DNA of 44,616 nucleotides from a virus (IMGVR_UViG_3300043220_000052:1-44616), one strand, 5' to 3'. Shown: positions 17,375 through 25,421, numbered from the stretch's first letter. Program-made: numbers and translations. The notes: generated by a model from the letters alone, not told the origin.

Positions 17375-17592
17375 ACGCTACTGCCGCAAAGATGCTTGCT
17401 GGGTTGGCTATGATGCTGGACGCGGTACACGTCGACGACGACATACAGGACGCGATAGAGGAGAGCATGGAAGGGCTGCGCGAATACTGCGATGGGCTTG
17501 ACCACGAACGAATGGCGGGGATACCAGAAGGCCCGACGCCGCGAGGTTGGTTCCCACGAGTGCTGACGCCGGAGGATTTCATTGCCTACTGA
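17371..17592 (+). CDS. hypothetical protein
   Basis: ATGA coupling. Confidence 0.6.
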   Translation: MNATAAKMLAGLAMMLDAVHVDDDIQDAIEESMEGLREYCDGLDHERMAGIPEGPTPRGWFPRVLTPEDFIAY

Positions 17593-17923
17593 CACCCATA
17601 TCCACTGCACCTCATGCCGCCGGAGAATCCCTACGGTGAGCCGCCGTTCACGACGCTATGCAGAACCACGGAGGTATGCCTTGACTGTCAGCCGCAAGCG
17701 CGAGGACGTACAGGCTCGGCACCAGGAGATACAGAGGCTACGACGCAAGCCCAGGTTCACGCTGAAGGCGATAGCGGCGGCGGTGGGGCTGACGGATCAC
17801 ACAACCGTCTGGTGGCACCTGAGCGGCAACTGTACGTGCCTGACACGGACGAATATCGAGTGGGTAAGAGGGGATGAGCAGCACACCCATGTCTGGAAAT
17901 GCAAATGTGGAGCGCGTGGGTAG
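17582..17923 (+). CDS. Zn/HTH-containing putative DNA-binding protein
   Basis: FTLKAIAAAVGLTDHTTVWWHL HTH; Cys pairs; GGAGG RBS. Confidence 0.6.
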   Translation: MPTDTHIHCTSCRRRIPTVSRRSRRYAEPRRYALTVSRKREDVQARHQEIQRLRRKPRFTLKAIAAAVGLTDHTTVWWHLSGNCTCLTRTNIEWVRGDEQHTHVWKCKCGARG

Positions 17924-18605
17924 CCTAGACGCCATCGTGGACGCCATCGGCAAGCCCTACTTCCGCGACGACGCGGTCGTGATCTACCACGCGGATTGCC
18001 GCGACATCCTGCCGCTCATCCCCACAGACAGCATCGACTTGGTACTGACTGACCCCGACTATAACGGGCGTGACATTGGGCCAAAAGGAAAGTCCTACGA
18101 ATCCGGAATGCCGCATCTCCCTGAAGAAGAATACGCTGCATGGTGCCGCAAGTGGTTCGACCTGTGCCGTCACATCACTGAACGGCTTGTGTTCTCAACA
18201 GGCACCATCAACGCCTGGAACTACCCAAAGCCACGATGGGTGATGGTTTGGCATAAGCCCGGGTCTCCTACGAACAACGGGACGGGCGGCTTCAGTCTAT
18301 GGGAACCAATCCTGGTTTACGGAAAGGGCACCCCGCGTATCTCACAAGACCTTTATACAGCTACACCACTGAACTTCACCAGGGAAGAGTGGGCAAAGCA
18401 TCCCTGCCCCAAGCACCCAGGTGTCTGGAAGTGGGTACTCAATAGCGTGTCGCGCCCGGGAGAGGTGGTGCTAGACCCCTTCCTCGGTTCAGGGACGACC
18501 GCCCGTGTTGCCAAAGACCTGGGCCGGTTCGCCATCGGCATCGAGATTGAGGAGAAGTATTGCGAGATCGCGGCCAAGAGGATGGCGCAGGGAGTGCTGC
18601 TCTAG
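17874..18605 (+). CDS. N4-cytosine/N6-adenine DNA methyltransferase (beta class); start may be GTG 17916
   Basis: DLVLTDPDY (motif IV), HPCPK, VLDPFLGSGTT and IGIEIEEKYCEIA. Confidence 0.9.
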   Translation: MSSTPMSGNANVERVGSLDAIVDAIGKPYFRDDAVVIYHADCRDILPLIPTDSIDLVLTDPDYNGRDIGPKGKSYESGMPHLPEEEYAAWCRKWFDLCRHITERLVFSTGTINAWNYPKPRWVMVWHKPGSPTNNGTGGFSLWEPILVYGKGTPRISQDLYTATPLNFTREEWAKHPCPKHPGVWKWVLNSVSRPGEVVLDPFLGSGTTARVAKDLGRFAIGIEIEEKYCEIAAKRMAQGVLL

Positions 18606-18943
18606 TGGCAACCTACACTGACCAGCTCTGCGTCTGCTGCGGCGAGACGGCGAAATGGCCGCTCAGGGGCTATAGGGGTATGGAGGTTAGGTGCGACGAG
18701 TGCCGCCGCGTGTGCTACAGGGGTAGGGATGGGCCATGTCTAAGAGACGGCAAAGTGTCGGAAGAAACAGACGGAATAGGGTGGCGACAGGAACGAATAG
18801 CGGCCCTACAACACGAAGAACGCGATGGGCTGTTCAAACTGCGCCAAGAAGGACTCACTTACGCAGCAATAGGTAAAAGGGCAGGCGTTTCCCGCCAAAG
18901 GATTCATCAACTCATCGGCAGCGTTCCGAGGGGGAAGAGTTGA
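18605..18943 (+). CDS. Zn-finger plus sigma-4-like HTH protein
   Basis: CVCC...CDEC; EGLTYAAIGKRAGVSRQRIHQLI. Start uncertain. Confidence 0.6.
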   Translation: MATYTDQLCVCCGETAKWPLRGYRGMEVRCDECRRVCYRGRDGPCLRDGKVSEETDGIGWRQERIAALQHEERDGLFKLRQEGLTYAAIGKRAGVSRQRIHQLIGSVPRGKS

Positions 18944-18972
18944 CCCCCGCCAAGAGCCGCAACGGCATTGAA

Positions 18973-19080
18973 TGTGATAGAATACTAGCGTGGGAGCGTA
19001 GCCTTAATCGCGTCAGCAAAACTGAAGAGAACCGCTCAGTCGCTACGTTCCCACGGAATGGCTGGGCGGTTTCTCTTTTC
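18973..19080 (+). promoter_or_regulatory. extended -10 promoter and attenuator-like leader upstream of the initiator
   Basis: TGTG-A-TAGAAT at 18973-18983; helix 18989-19002/19042-19055 competes or pseudoknots with terminator 19024-19041/19060-19078. Confidence 0.65.
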
Positions 19081-19092
19081 CAGGAGGGGCCG

Positions 19093-19404
19093 GTGAGTAT
19101 CCGAATAATGTCTGCGATTTGGGAAGAGGCCGATGTCAGCGGGGCTAAGTTACTCGTGCTGTTAGCCTTGGCCGATTATGCCAACGATAACGGCATCTGC
19201 TGGCCTGGCGTCGAGGCGCTGGCGAAGAAGGCCCGCGTGTCGGAAAGGTACGTACGAGAATTGCTTGGAGGATTAGAGAGCAACGGCTACATAATCCGCG
19301 AATTGAACACCGGCCCTTATGGGGTGAATACCTACAAAGTTCTAGTAGGGGGTGCTAAATTAGCAGGGTGCGAACCGATACCCCTGGGGGGGTACGACAA
19401 TTAG
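19093..19404 (+). CDS. phage replication initiator, N-terminal winged-HTH only (103 aa)
   Basis: MSIRIMSAIW...AKLLVLLALADYANDNG.CWPG...LAKK...SER.V...L..LE..GYI...N.Y motif; AGGAGG RBS before GTG 19093. Confidence 0.8.
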   Translation: MSIRIMSAIWEEADVSGAKLLVLLALADYANDNGICWPGVEALAKKARVSERYVRELLGGLESNGYIIRELNTGPYGVNTYKVLVGGAKLAGCEPIPLGGYDN

Positions 19405-19490
19405 CACCCTAACCGTCAACAAGAACCGTCAAGTGCTTTTGCATCCTCTTTATGACTTATAGGAACTATAACGGTTGGGGTGCGAAATGG
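19340..19490. other. putative replication origin (iteron-like repeats plus AT-rich tract)
   Basis: GGGTGC(T/G)AA at 19350, 19366 and 19478, inverted at 19401; AACCGTCAA at 19411 and 19424; AT-rich 19436-19471. Lambda-like placement in and after the initiator gene. Confidence 0.55.
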
Positions 19491-19512
19491 CGCATGTCGT
19501 GATAGGAGGCGA

Positions 19513-19713
19513 ATGATGAAGATACACCGTTGGCAACCTACAGGATTCACGCCCTGTGGCCGACCGCTCGAATCCGTTGTGTGGAACGAGGACGAGATGT
19601 TGCAGAAGGGCGTCACTTGCTTGGTTTGCAATTGTGCCAACACGCTCTCCTCGCTTTTCCCGCCACGCCCGCACCCCATCAAGGAAAAGCCCTCGGTACA
19701 AGCCGGGGGATGA
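19513..19713 (+). CDS. hypothetical Zn-binding protein (H..CG...VTC..C)
   Basis: AGGAGG RBS before ATG 19513. Confidence 0.6.
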   Translation: MMKIHRWQPTGFTPCGRPLESVVWNEDEMLQKGVTCLVCNCANTLSSLFPPRPHPIKEKPSVQAGG

Positions 19714-20458
19714 CGGAAGATTCTTAGTCCTGGCGGTTTTGGCCGTACTGATTGGAGGGACGAATGCACTACCTACTGCTTCACAAGAGGCATGGAACGG
19801 AGGAATGGCTGTTACTGAAGGAGGGTTCTGCGCAGACTATACAGAGCTTTCTCAAGAGGAATGGTTGCCGCAAGGAGGAGGATTGGCGAGTGATTGCATG
19901 GGAGGGCGAGTGCAAAGTCGAGAAGTCAGCGAAAGACGAGCTGCCGACGTTCTACACGTGCCGGTAGATGCGCGCCTTGTTCCGCTGGCTACACTTCCGT
20001 TGCCCCCATCAGGACGTGGACAGGTTGCCGCCGCCGGAGAGCTTGGCGATATATCTGGCAATAGGGCGCAGTTGGACGGAGGACTGGATTCGGGACTTCC
20101 GCAGGGGGCGACTGTCCGTTCGGGCGACGTTGGAGCAATACAGGCTGTCCTCCCCTACGTCACAGCCCCCACAGACACCTACACCCGATTCTTCGAGGGA
20201 TACCGCGACGCTGGCGGCCAGGACGAAGAGAGAATCGACGCGATGATATGGTGCGAGAGTTCATGGACTATCGACCCAGGCGGGTTCTTCTTAGGGCTCG
20301 CTCAGTTCGACCCTGGCACGTGGGCAACCGTGTCGGCCATCACTGGGTACACGGACTGGCGCGATCCGTTCAGTCAAGGATTCAACGTGGCTGTGTGGGC
20401 GTCGATGATTCGTCCGGGGACGAGCGCAGGCTGGCCGCATTGCTGGTGGGCGCGATGA
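19556..20458 (+). CDS. membrane-anchored Rpf/lysozyme-like lytic transglycosylase (start uncertain)
   Basis: TM segment FLVLAVLAVLIGG; C-terminal MIWCESS...GLAQF...TW...DP......GWPHC. Confidence 0.7.
   Translation: MADRSNPLCGTRTRCCRRASLAWFAIVPTRSPRFSRHARTPSRKSPRYKPGDDGRFLVLAVLAVLIGGTNALPTASQEAWNGGMAVTEGGFCADYTELSQEEWLPQGGGLASDCMGGRVQSREVSERRAADVLHVPVDARLVPLATLPLPPSGRGQVAAAGELGDISGNRAQLDGGLDSGLPQGATVRSGDVGAIQAVLPYVTAPTDTYTRFFEGYRDAGGQDEERIDAMIWCESSWTIDPGGFFLGLAQFDPGTWATVSAITGYTDWRDPFSQGFNVAVWASMIRPGTSAGWPHCWWAR
19764..19967 (+). CDS. hypothetical protein nested in the transglycosylase linker
   Basis: GGAGGG RBS; globular-looking composition. Confidence 0.5.
   Translation: MHYLLLHKRHGTEEWLLLKEGSAQTIQSFLKRNGCRKEEDWRVIAWEGECKVEKSAKDELPTFYTCR
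19968..20246 (+). CDS. hypothetical protein nested in the transglycosylase linker
   Basis: Starts immediately after the previous stop (TAG-ATG). Confidence 0.35.
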   Translation: MRALFRWLHFRCPHQDVDRLPPPESLAIYLAIGRSWTEDWIRDFRRGRLSVRATLEQYRLSSPTSQPPQTPTPDSSRDTATLAARTKRESTR

Positions 20459-20778
20459 AGGGCAGGCGCATCCTCAGAAACGTTATCGTGGAGGTTCCGT
20501 TTACTGACATAGCTCCAGGCAAATACCATGATGCTCCGTGTGCCTGGGACGGCGAGGACAGCTGTGAGGCTTGCAGCGAGGAGCTTGATGAGGCTTACGA
20601 TGCTGCCAGTGGTCAGGTAGAGACGGATTGGTGGGTCACGCTAGACTGGATGCTAACCAACAAGCCAAAGGATTTTGCTGGCGATAAGGATGGTCATGCA
20701 GATTCATTCTGGGCAGTTGAGGTTTCTCTTGGCCGCCGCCGAAAGGTCGACGGGCTACCATTCAGGTACAACTCATGA
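20455..20778 (+). CDS. hypothetical protein
   Basis: ATGA coupling at both ends. Confidence 0.6.
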   Translation: MKGRRILRNVIVEVPFTDIAPGKYHDAPCAWDGEDSCEACSEELDEAYDAASGQVETDWWVTLDWMLTNKPKDFAGDKDGHADSFWAVEVSLGRRRKVDGLPFRYNS

Positions 20779-20918
20779 CAGTCGCAGCCCCCTGCAAGCA
20801 TCGCTGGCAGATCGCGGAGCCGAAGGGGGAGAAGGCGCTTGGAATCTGCAAAATCTGTGGCATGACGAAATGGTTCGAGACGAGCTACGGCTACCAGTAC
20901 AGGCGGGAGGCGAGATGA
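20775..20918 (+). CDS. 47-aa C-x-H-x-W-x-I...G-x-C-K-x-C-G micro-protein
   Basis: MTVAAPCKHRWQIAEPKGEKALGICKICGMTKWFET; ATGA-coupled on both sides. Confidence 0.7.
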   Translation: MTVAAPCKHRWQIAEPKGEKALGICKICGMTKWFETSYGYQYRREAR

Positions 20919-21319
20919 TTAGGTACGAGTTCCCCTGGCCCCCGCGAGCGCTTTCTCCTAACGTGAGCGTACACTGGCGGACGCTGGCGAAGGCGAAGCG
21001 GGAGTACCTGGATGCCTGCGGGTGGATTATCCGTGCCTATCAAGACGCCCCTTGCACATCCGGGCCTAGTGCCGCGAAGCCGACCTGTCCAGCCTGTGCT
21101 GCGGAGCTGCTAATTCCCCCTGTGACGGCTCAGGTGACGTTCGTGTGCGACGGCCGTCGAAGAGACCCTGACAACCACATGGCGATGCTGAAACCTTTGT
21201 GGGACGCCCTCGTGGAGATGGGGGTGCTGGAAGACGACTCGCACGACAAGCTGAGAATCTTAGACCCGAAGTGGGAGCGCGGGGAGAAGAAGGTAATCGT
21301 AGAGCTGGAGGGCGAATGA
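20915..21319 (+). CDS. rusA: RusA-like Holliday junction resolvase
   Basis: FPWPP..LSPN...RRRDPDN....K..WDAL...GVL.DDS catalytic pattern. Confidence 0.8.
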   Translation: MIRYEFPWPPRALSPNVSVHWRTLAKAKREYLDACGWIIRAYQDAPCTSGPSAAKPTCPACAAELLIPPVTAQVTFVCDGRRRDPDNHMAMLKPLWDALVEMGVLEDDSHDKLRILDPKWERGEKKVIVELEGE

Positions 21320-21525
21320 TGGCCGATGAACTCCATCTCGTCATTGTGAAGTCGGGCTTGAGTGGTCTCGGTGTAGAGGCGAACGATCTGTATGAGTTAA
21401 GTACGTGTGAACGGGCGATTGACTTCGGCAATCACGAGGCGCGGATTATCGCAACGAAGGAGATCGCCGTTACGATTGCAGAGAGATTCCTTGAACGGTA
21501 CGTGAAGGAGGTTCGTGATGCCTAA
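21316..21525 (+). CDS. hypothetical protein
   Basis: GGAGG RBS, ATGA overlap. Confidence 0.6.
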   Translation: MMADELHLVIVKSGLSGLGVEANDLYELSTCERAIDFGNHEARIIATKEIAVTIAERFLERYVKEVRDA

Positions 21526-22000
21526 CATCCCAGAGATCAAGAAACAGGCGGCGGCGTCCATGTGCTACGGCGCGGATAGCGCTTTGAGTGACCCGTGCGG
21601 AGAGTGCGACGGATGCCTTTTCCGCATCAACGTCCCCGCGCTTGTCACGGCGCTAGAGGAGGCGCAGGGGCGGTTTGCCGACGGGACGGGTACGTGCTAC
21701 TGCGACACGGTAGGGGAGACGCCGTGTGCTTACTGCCAAATCGCTACCCTAGAGGGGAAGCTGGACGCGGTAGAGAAACAGGTGATGGGCCAGAAGGGGA
21801 CACTCCACAAGGTCAAGGGCAAGTGGGACACATCCAAGCGAGAGGGGGAGAGACTAGCAGCGGCCCTCGCTCATCTCCTTGCGTGGGTGCAGCCCTCAGC
21901 AAGCCAACAGGTCGAAGCGGAGATAGAAACGGCCATAGAGGAGCTAGAGCAGTACCGTAAGGCTCACCCTCGCCTTGCCCGCATCCTGAAGGGGGAATGA
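21515..22000 (+). CDS. hypothetical Cys-rich/coiled-coil protein
   Basis: AAGGAGG RBS. Confidence 0.65.
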   Translation: MMPNIPEIKKQAAASMCYGADSALSDPCGECDGCLFRINVPALVTALEEAQGRFADGTGTCYCDTVGETPCAYCQIATLEGKLDAVEKQVMGQKGTLHKVKGKWDTSKREGERLAAALAHLLAWVQPSASQQVEAEIETAIEELEQYRKAHPRLARILKGE

Positions 22001-22404
22001 TGAGCAAGCAAGGCGAGGTACACGTTGATCTGAACGAGGAACAGTGGGCTACAGTGAAGGCTGCGCTGGAAGGTGAGGTTACCGACCTCCGTGCCGAGAA
22101 CGCCCGCCTACAGGAGCGGGTGGAGGAGGCCGAGACACACGATTGTGGCTATGCGCTGACGAAGGCGTTAGAGATTGCGGAGAGGCAGATGGCGCTGGCA
22201 GAGCGGCGGAAGGAGGTGCTACCTGACCCTGACAAGCTACGCCTACTAGCCGATTGGTTTGATGGGGATGATGTGGCGAAGGGCCGGAGCGGCTCTACTC
22301 TCGCTACTCTTGGTGGTCAACCCTGGGACGAGGTGCAGCGAGAGCTACGGCGTTGGGCTGACGCTATTGCCCGTGCCGCCATCGAGGAGGGGGAGGCAAG
22401 ATGA
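21997..22404 (+). CDS. hypothetical coiled-coil protein
   Basis: Coupled ORF. Confidence 0.65.
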   Translation: MMSKQGEVHVDLNEEQWATVKAALEGEVTDLRAENARLQERVEEAETHDCGYALTKALEIAERQMALAERRKEVLPDPDKLRLLADWFDGDDVAKGRSGSTLATLGGQPWDEVQRELRRWADAIARAAIEEGEAR

Positions 22405-22541
22405 ACGACATATTGATTTGGCTGGTTGGGAACTGGCACATACCTCTAATTGCTGTGTGGTTCCTTGTATCTATCGGCGGCTCAATTTGGGTAACACGAA
22501 ACCTGACTGACGAGGAGAGGGCGCGTTTCCCTTACTTGTAA
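22401..22541 (+). CDS. 46-aa membrane peptide
   Basis: MNDILIWLVGNWHIPLIAVWFLVSIGGSIW...; GGAGG RBS, ATGA overlap. Confidence 0.55.
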   Translation: MNDILIWLVGNWHIPLIAVWFLVSIGGSIWVTRNLTDEERARFPYL

Positions 22542-22550
22542 GGAGGCCCC

Positions 22551-23006
22551 ATGACGACATACAGGGAGCTACTGGAACGGCTGATAGTGTTCGCTGACAA
22601 AAAGGTGGACGGGCTGAAAGTCACGAACTACCAAATCTACACTCCGGCAGGGCAGCAACTCGTGGATGATGTCCGCGCTTACTTGGCCCAGCCCATGACG
22701 ACATGCGAGGCGCGAGAGGCGATTCTGGTGAAGGCCATTGAATCTCTGCGCCAAGATGAAGAGCACTTCGATGAGTGGTGCCGAGAGGTCGGTGAATGTA
22801 GCCCCGGCTGTAAACGGCTGACTGCTGCCCTAGCTGACACCTCCCTGGCTGCTTGCTCGTCCCGTGAGGGGGAGCTGGTGGCGGCGCTGCGGGCCTACAC
22901 CGACGATACGGAGTGGCATATCCGCGAGATGGGGCCAGTTGGAACGACTCACGACAAGTTGCTAAGGAACGGTCTTGCTGCCCTAGCCCAGGGGAAGAAG
23001 GAATGA
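22551..23006 (+). CDS. hypothetical protein
   Basis: TAAGGAGG RBS. Confidence 0.7.
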   Translation: MTTYRELLERLIVFADKKVDGLKVTNYQIYTPAGQQLVDDVRAYLAQPMTTCEAREAILVKAIESLRQDEEHFDEWCREVGECSPGCKRLTAALADTSLAACSSREGELVAALRAYTDDTEWHIREMGPVGTTHDKLLRNGLAALAQGKKE

Positions 23007-23257
23007 GCGAATACGGTTACGTTGCAATCCATAGTTGCGGGCGCATCGTTGCGGCGACGGTAGACTCCCCGGAGAATAAGGCCAAGAGCCGCCACGTTGC
23101 GAGTTGGATACGTCGCGGCGAGGCCGTCGAACGGATGGCTGTTGACGACGTGCGGAAGGCTGACTGGTGTGAGTGCTACCAATCAAAGCCGAAGAAGAAA
23201 CGCGCTGCGAAGAAGGCCGTTGAGTCGCCGCAGATGCCTTTTGTGGAGAGCCCGTGA
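23003..23257 (+). CDS. hypothetical protein (CG...WCEC)
   Basis: ATGA overlap. Confidence 0.6.
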   Translation: MSEYGYVAIHSCGRIVAATVDSPENKAKSRHVASWIRRGEAVERMAVDDVRKADWCECYQSKPKKKRAAKKAVESPQMPFVESP

Positions 23258-23299
23258 CCCGTATGCTACAATGCTAAGCTGAGAGGGCGGCTTAGCCGT

Positions 23300-23512
23300 A
23301 TGTGCTGGATTCTTCTGGGAGTCATCATGGCATGGGCAGAGACGGTGTACAGTCAGTCGCAGTCAACTGCAACTGTCGCGCCTGATGCCCCCGACGCGCC
23401 GCTCCCTGAGCCACCTGACTTCTACAAGGCCGAGCCCGCCGTACTGGAAGCCGAGCCAATCTTCCGGGGCCGCAGCACCGCCCGCGCCATACCTGACGGC
23501 AGGGTGGTGTAA
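23300..23512 (+). CDS. hypothetical Pro-rich protein (start 23300 or 23327)
   Basis: ORF after an extended -10 TG-C-TACAAT (23264-23272) and a hairpin. Confidence 0.45.
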   Translation: MCWILLGVIMAWAETVYSQSQSTATVAPDAPDAPLPEPPDFYKAEPAVLEAEPIFRGRSTARAIPDGRVV

Positions 23513-23787
23513 TGAGCGGCGAGTCGTATACCAGGGCACTCAACTTTAACAGCGCAGACGACTTCTCGATATTCCCAGAGCCTAGTGGTGATTGCGCTAA
23601 TTGCCATCAACGTCCTGCTACCGAACGCTGGACAAGTGAAGGCGGTACTCTAGCCTTAGTCCACGGCGGTATTGAGTTCTGGTGCAAGCCCTGCTGTCTT
23701 CAGGCTCAGCTTGATTACGCTAGGGAACGGGCGGCGGCTATCCCTGAACTGGAACGCGAACTGGCTGCGTTTGGGGGTAAGCCGTGA
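23512..23787 (+). CDS. Zn-binding hypothetical protein
   Basis: CANC...WCKPC; TAATG coupling. Confidence 0.65.
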   Translation: MSGESYTRALNFNSADDFSIFPEPSGDCANCHQRPATERWTSEGGTLALVHGGIEFWCKPCCLQAQLDYARERAAAIPELERELAAFGGKP

Positions 23788-23954
23788 GCGGTCAAGGCTT
23801 GGAAACGGCGTACACAACGATCGCCGGCCTCCCTGATGGGGCGGAGGTGGTTGAGGTGATGAACTGGCATGAGGAGGAGCCGGCGCCAACGCTGCTGGCG
23901 ATGTACCGCAGGCAGGTGCGGGAGTGGAACAGGCCACCTGGGGGTAAGCCGTGA
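23784..23954 (+). CDS. 56-aa hypothetical protein flanked by 17-bp direct repeats
   Basis: GTGA-coupled on both sides; hand-translated. Confidence 0.5.
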   Translation: MSGQGLETAYTTIAGLPDGAEVVEVMNWHEEEPAPTLLAMYRRQVREWNRPPGGKP

Positions 23955-24706
23955 GGTATCCCGGCTCGATCTGGCAAGGGACGATCAAGCACGGCTATCC
24001 CACCACTGACACCCACCTTCAGAATGGCGTCGTGATCCACAGCGCGGAAGGCTCGTTAGCCGGGGCGCTGAGTGTCCTTGACGGCCCACGCCAAGCAAGC
24101 TGGCATTTCTTCATCACCAAGACTGGAAAGGTCTACCAGCACGTAGATACCGACAACATAGCCTGGACGAACGGGGGATTTGACGCTAACAGATTGTTCT
24201 GGGGTATCGAGTGCGAAGGTGGGGGACCAGGGCATGAGGGCGAACCTCTAACCGAGCCGCAATTCGAGGCGCTGATTGGCGTTGTGCGCTGGCTTTGGGA
24301 GACGCATGACGTCGGCGCTTTCGTCCGGCAGGAGACCGCATGGGAGCATCGGGAGATGACGCAGTTCGGGTCGGCGCCCACGGCCTGCCCCAGCGGGCGG
24401 ATACCGTGGGATCGGCTCATTTCATCATTGGAGGACCCGATAGAGGAGGACGATATGAAGCTCATCATCATCAAGACGCACAGCAGCAACACCCAATGGG
24501 TGACGGATGGGATGACGCGGTGGCCGTACACCACTGGGGACATCAAGACCGAGTTCGAGGCTCTAGGGCTGACCGAGCCCGGCGTGGAGATTGTTACGGA
24601 CGCGCTGATGGCGGCTATCCCGACGGTTCCCGGCTCGGCGAGTGGCACCACAACTGGCTCCCCCGAATACAACGTAACCCTAACGGGGACTGCTAAGGCG
24701 AAGTGA
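23951..24706 (+). CDS. endolysin, N-acetylmuramoyl-L-alanine amidase (Amidase_2 type)
   Basis: VVIHS, ASWHF, AW.NG..N...GIE and EH.E....TACPSG Zn-ligand pattern. Confidence 0.88.
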   Translation: MRYPGSIWQGTIKHGYPTTDTHLQNGVVIHSAEGSLAGALSVLDGPRQASWHFFITKTGKVYQHVDTDNIAWTNGGFDANRLFWGIECEGGGPGHEGEPLTEPQFEALIGVVRWLWETHDVGAFVRQETAWEHREMTQFGSAPTACPSGRIPWDRLISSLEDPIEEDDMKLIIIKTHSSNTQWVTDGMTRWPYTTGDIKTEFEALGLTEPGVEIVTDALMAAIPTVPGSASGTTTGSPEYNVTLTGTAKAK

Positions 24707-24841
24707 TGGGGTTATCCAGATTCTAGTCGTGCTCACCGCGTTAGGCGTATTCGTCATCTTCGCGGCGGGTATGTGGCTCATCATCGAGACTGAGCGTAAG
24801 GCAACGAAGCTGCGAGAGGAACAGGAGAGACGGAGGCGACG

Positions 24842-25030
24842 ATGAACCAAGACGATGGCGAAACGCGAGACCTGACCGACGCAGAGAAGGCGTTAGGGCG
24901 CGCTCAGTTGATGGCGCACCTTCAGAAGACTAATGAGGTGCCCATCTCCGAGGATGTCAAGGACATGGTGGATGTGGGGAGGGTGGTGCTGAACAGAGCG
25001 CAGCGGAGGCTTACACGGAGGCGACGATGA
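24842..25030 (+). CDS. hypothetical protein (C-terminal NRAQRR motif)
   Basis: GGAGG RBS. Confidence 0.6.
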   Translation: MNQDDGETRDLTDAEKALGRAQLMAHLQKTNEVPISEDVKDMVDVGRVVLNRAQRRLTRRRR

Positions 25031-25080
25031 GAGATTACGTAAGGGAATTGGCGCGAGATGGATAATCTATAGGGGGAACG

Positions 25081-25248
25081 TTGATACCTCAACCGCTTAC
25101 CGGCGTAACAGGGACGGAGTGGACTTGGCGATGCCTGAGCTGCGAGGGTGAGGTCATAGAGCATGGGGGTGGTGTTGCTGACCCTACTCTGCGCCGAGTG
25201 GCTTGCCTGTGCTGCGGGAGAATTACGCGACAGGAGAGGGTGCTGTGA
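25081..25248 (+). CDS. 55-aa Zn-ribbon protein
   Basis: AGGGGG RBS, TTG start, CLSC...CLCCG. Confidence 0.5.
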   Translation: MIPQPLTGVTGTEWTWRCLSCEGEVIEHGGGVADPTLRRVACLCCGRITRQERVL

Positions 25249-25421
25249 GCGAGGTGCTGGGGTTCGCATTGCTGGCATTGTCGGTGCTTCTAATGCTCAG
25301 TGGTGTTGTCATCCCTTTTCTTCCGAGGAGTAAGGTTGCGGTCGCCACGACAACGAATAGGGCGGAATTTGAGAGAGCTAAGAGAGAGGCCGAGGGGCGC
25401 TTTCAAGAGGAGACACCATGA
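25245..25421 (+). CDS. single-TM small membrane protein
   Basis: VLGFALLALSVLLMLSGVVIPFL. Confidence 0.55.
   Translation: MSEVLGFALLALSVLLMLSGVVIPFLPRSKVAVATTTNRAEFERAKREAEGRFQEETP

Noticed and set aside
18048-18062. Methyltransferase motif IV DPDY instead of DPPY
   Set aside because: A single-residue variant with the rest of the enzyme intact; no functional claim can be made.
19402-19404. Genome-wide amber recoding
   Set aside because: TAG terminates many genes at sensible, coupled boundaries; long genes are uninterrupted in the standard code; no suppressor tRNA seen.
24690-24845. Single-TM ORF right after the endolysin (possible holin)
   Set aside because: The reading frame is plausible, but there is no clear start codon or RBS before the hydrophobic segment, so it is not annotated.
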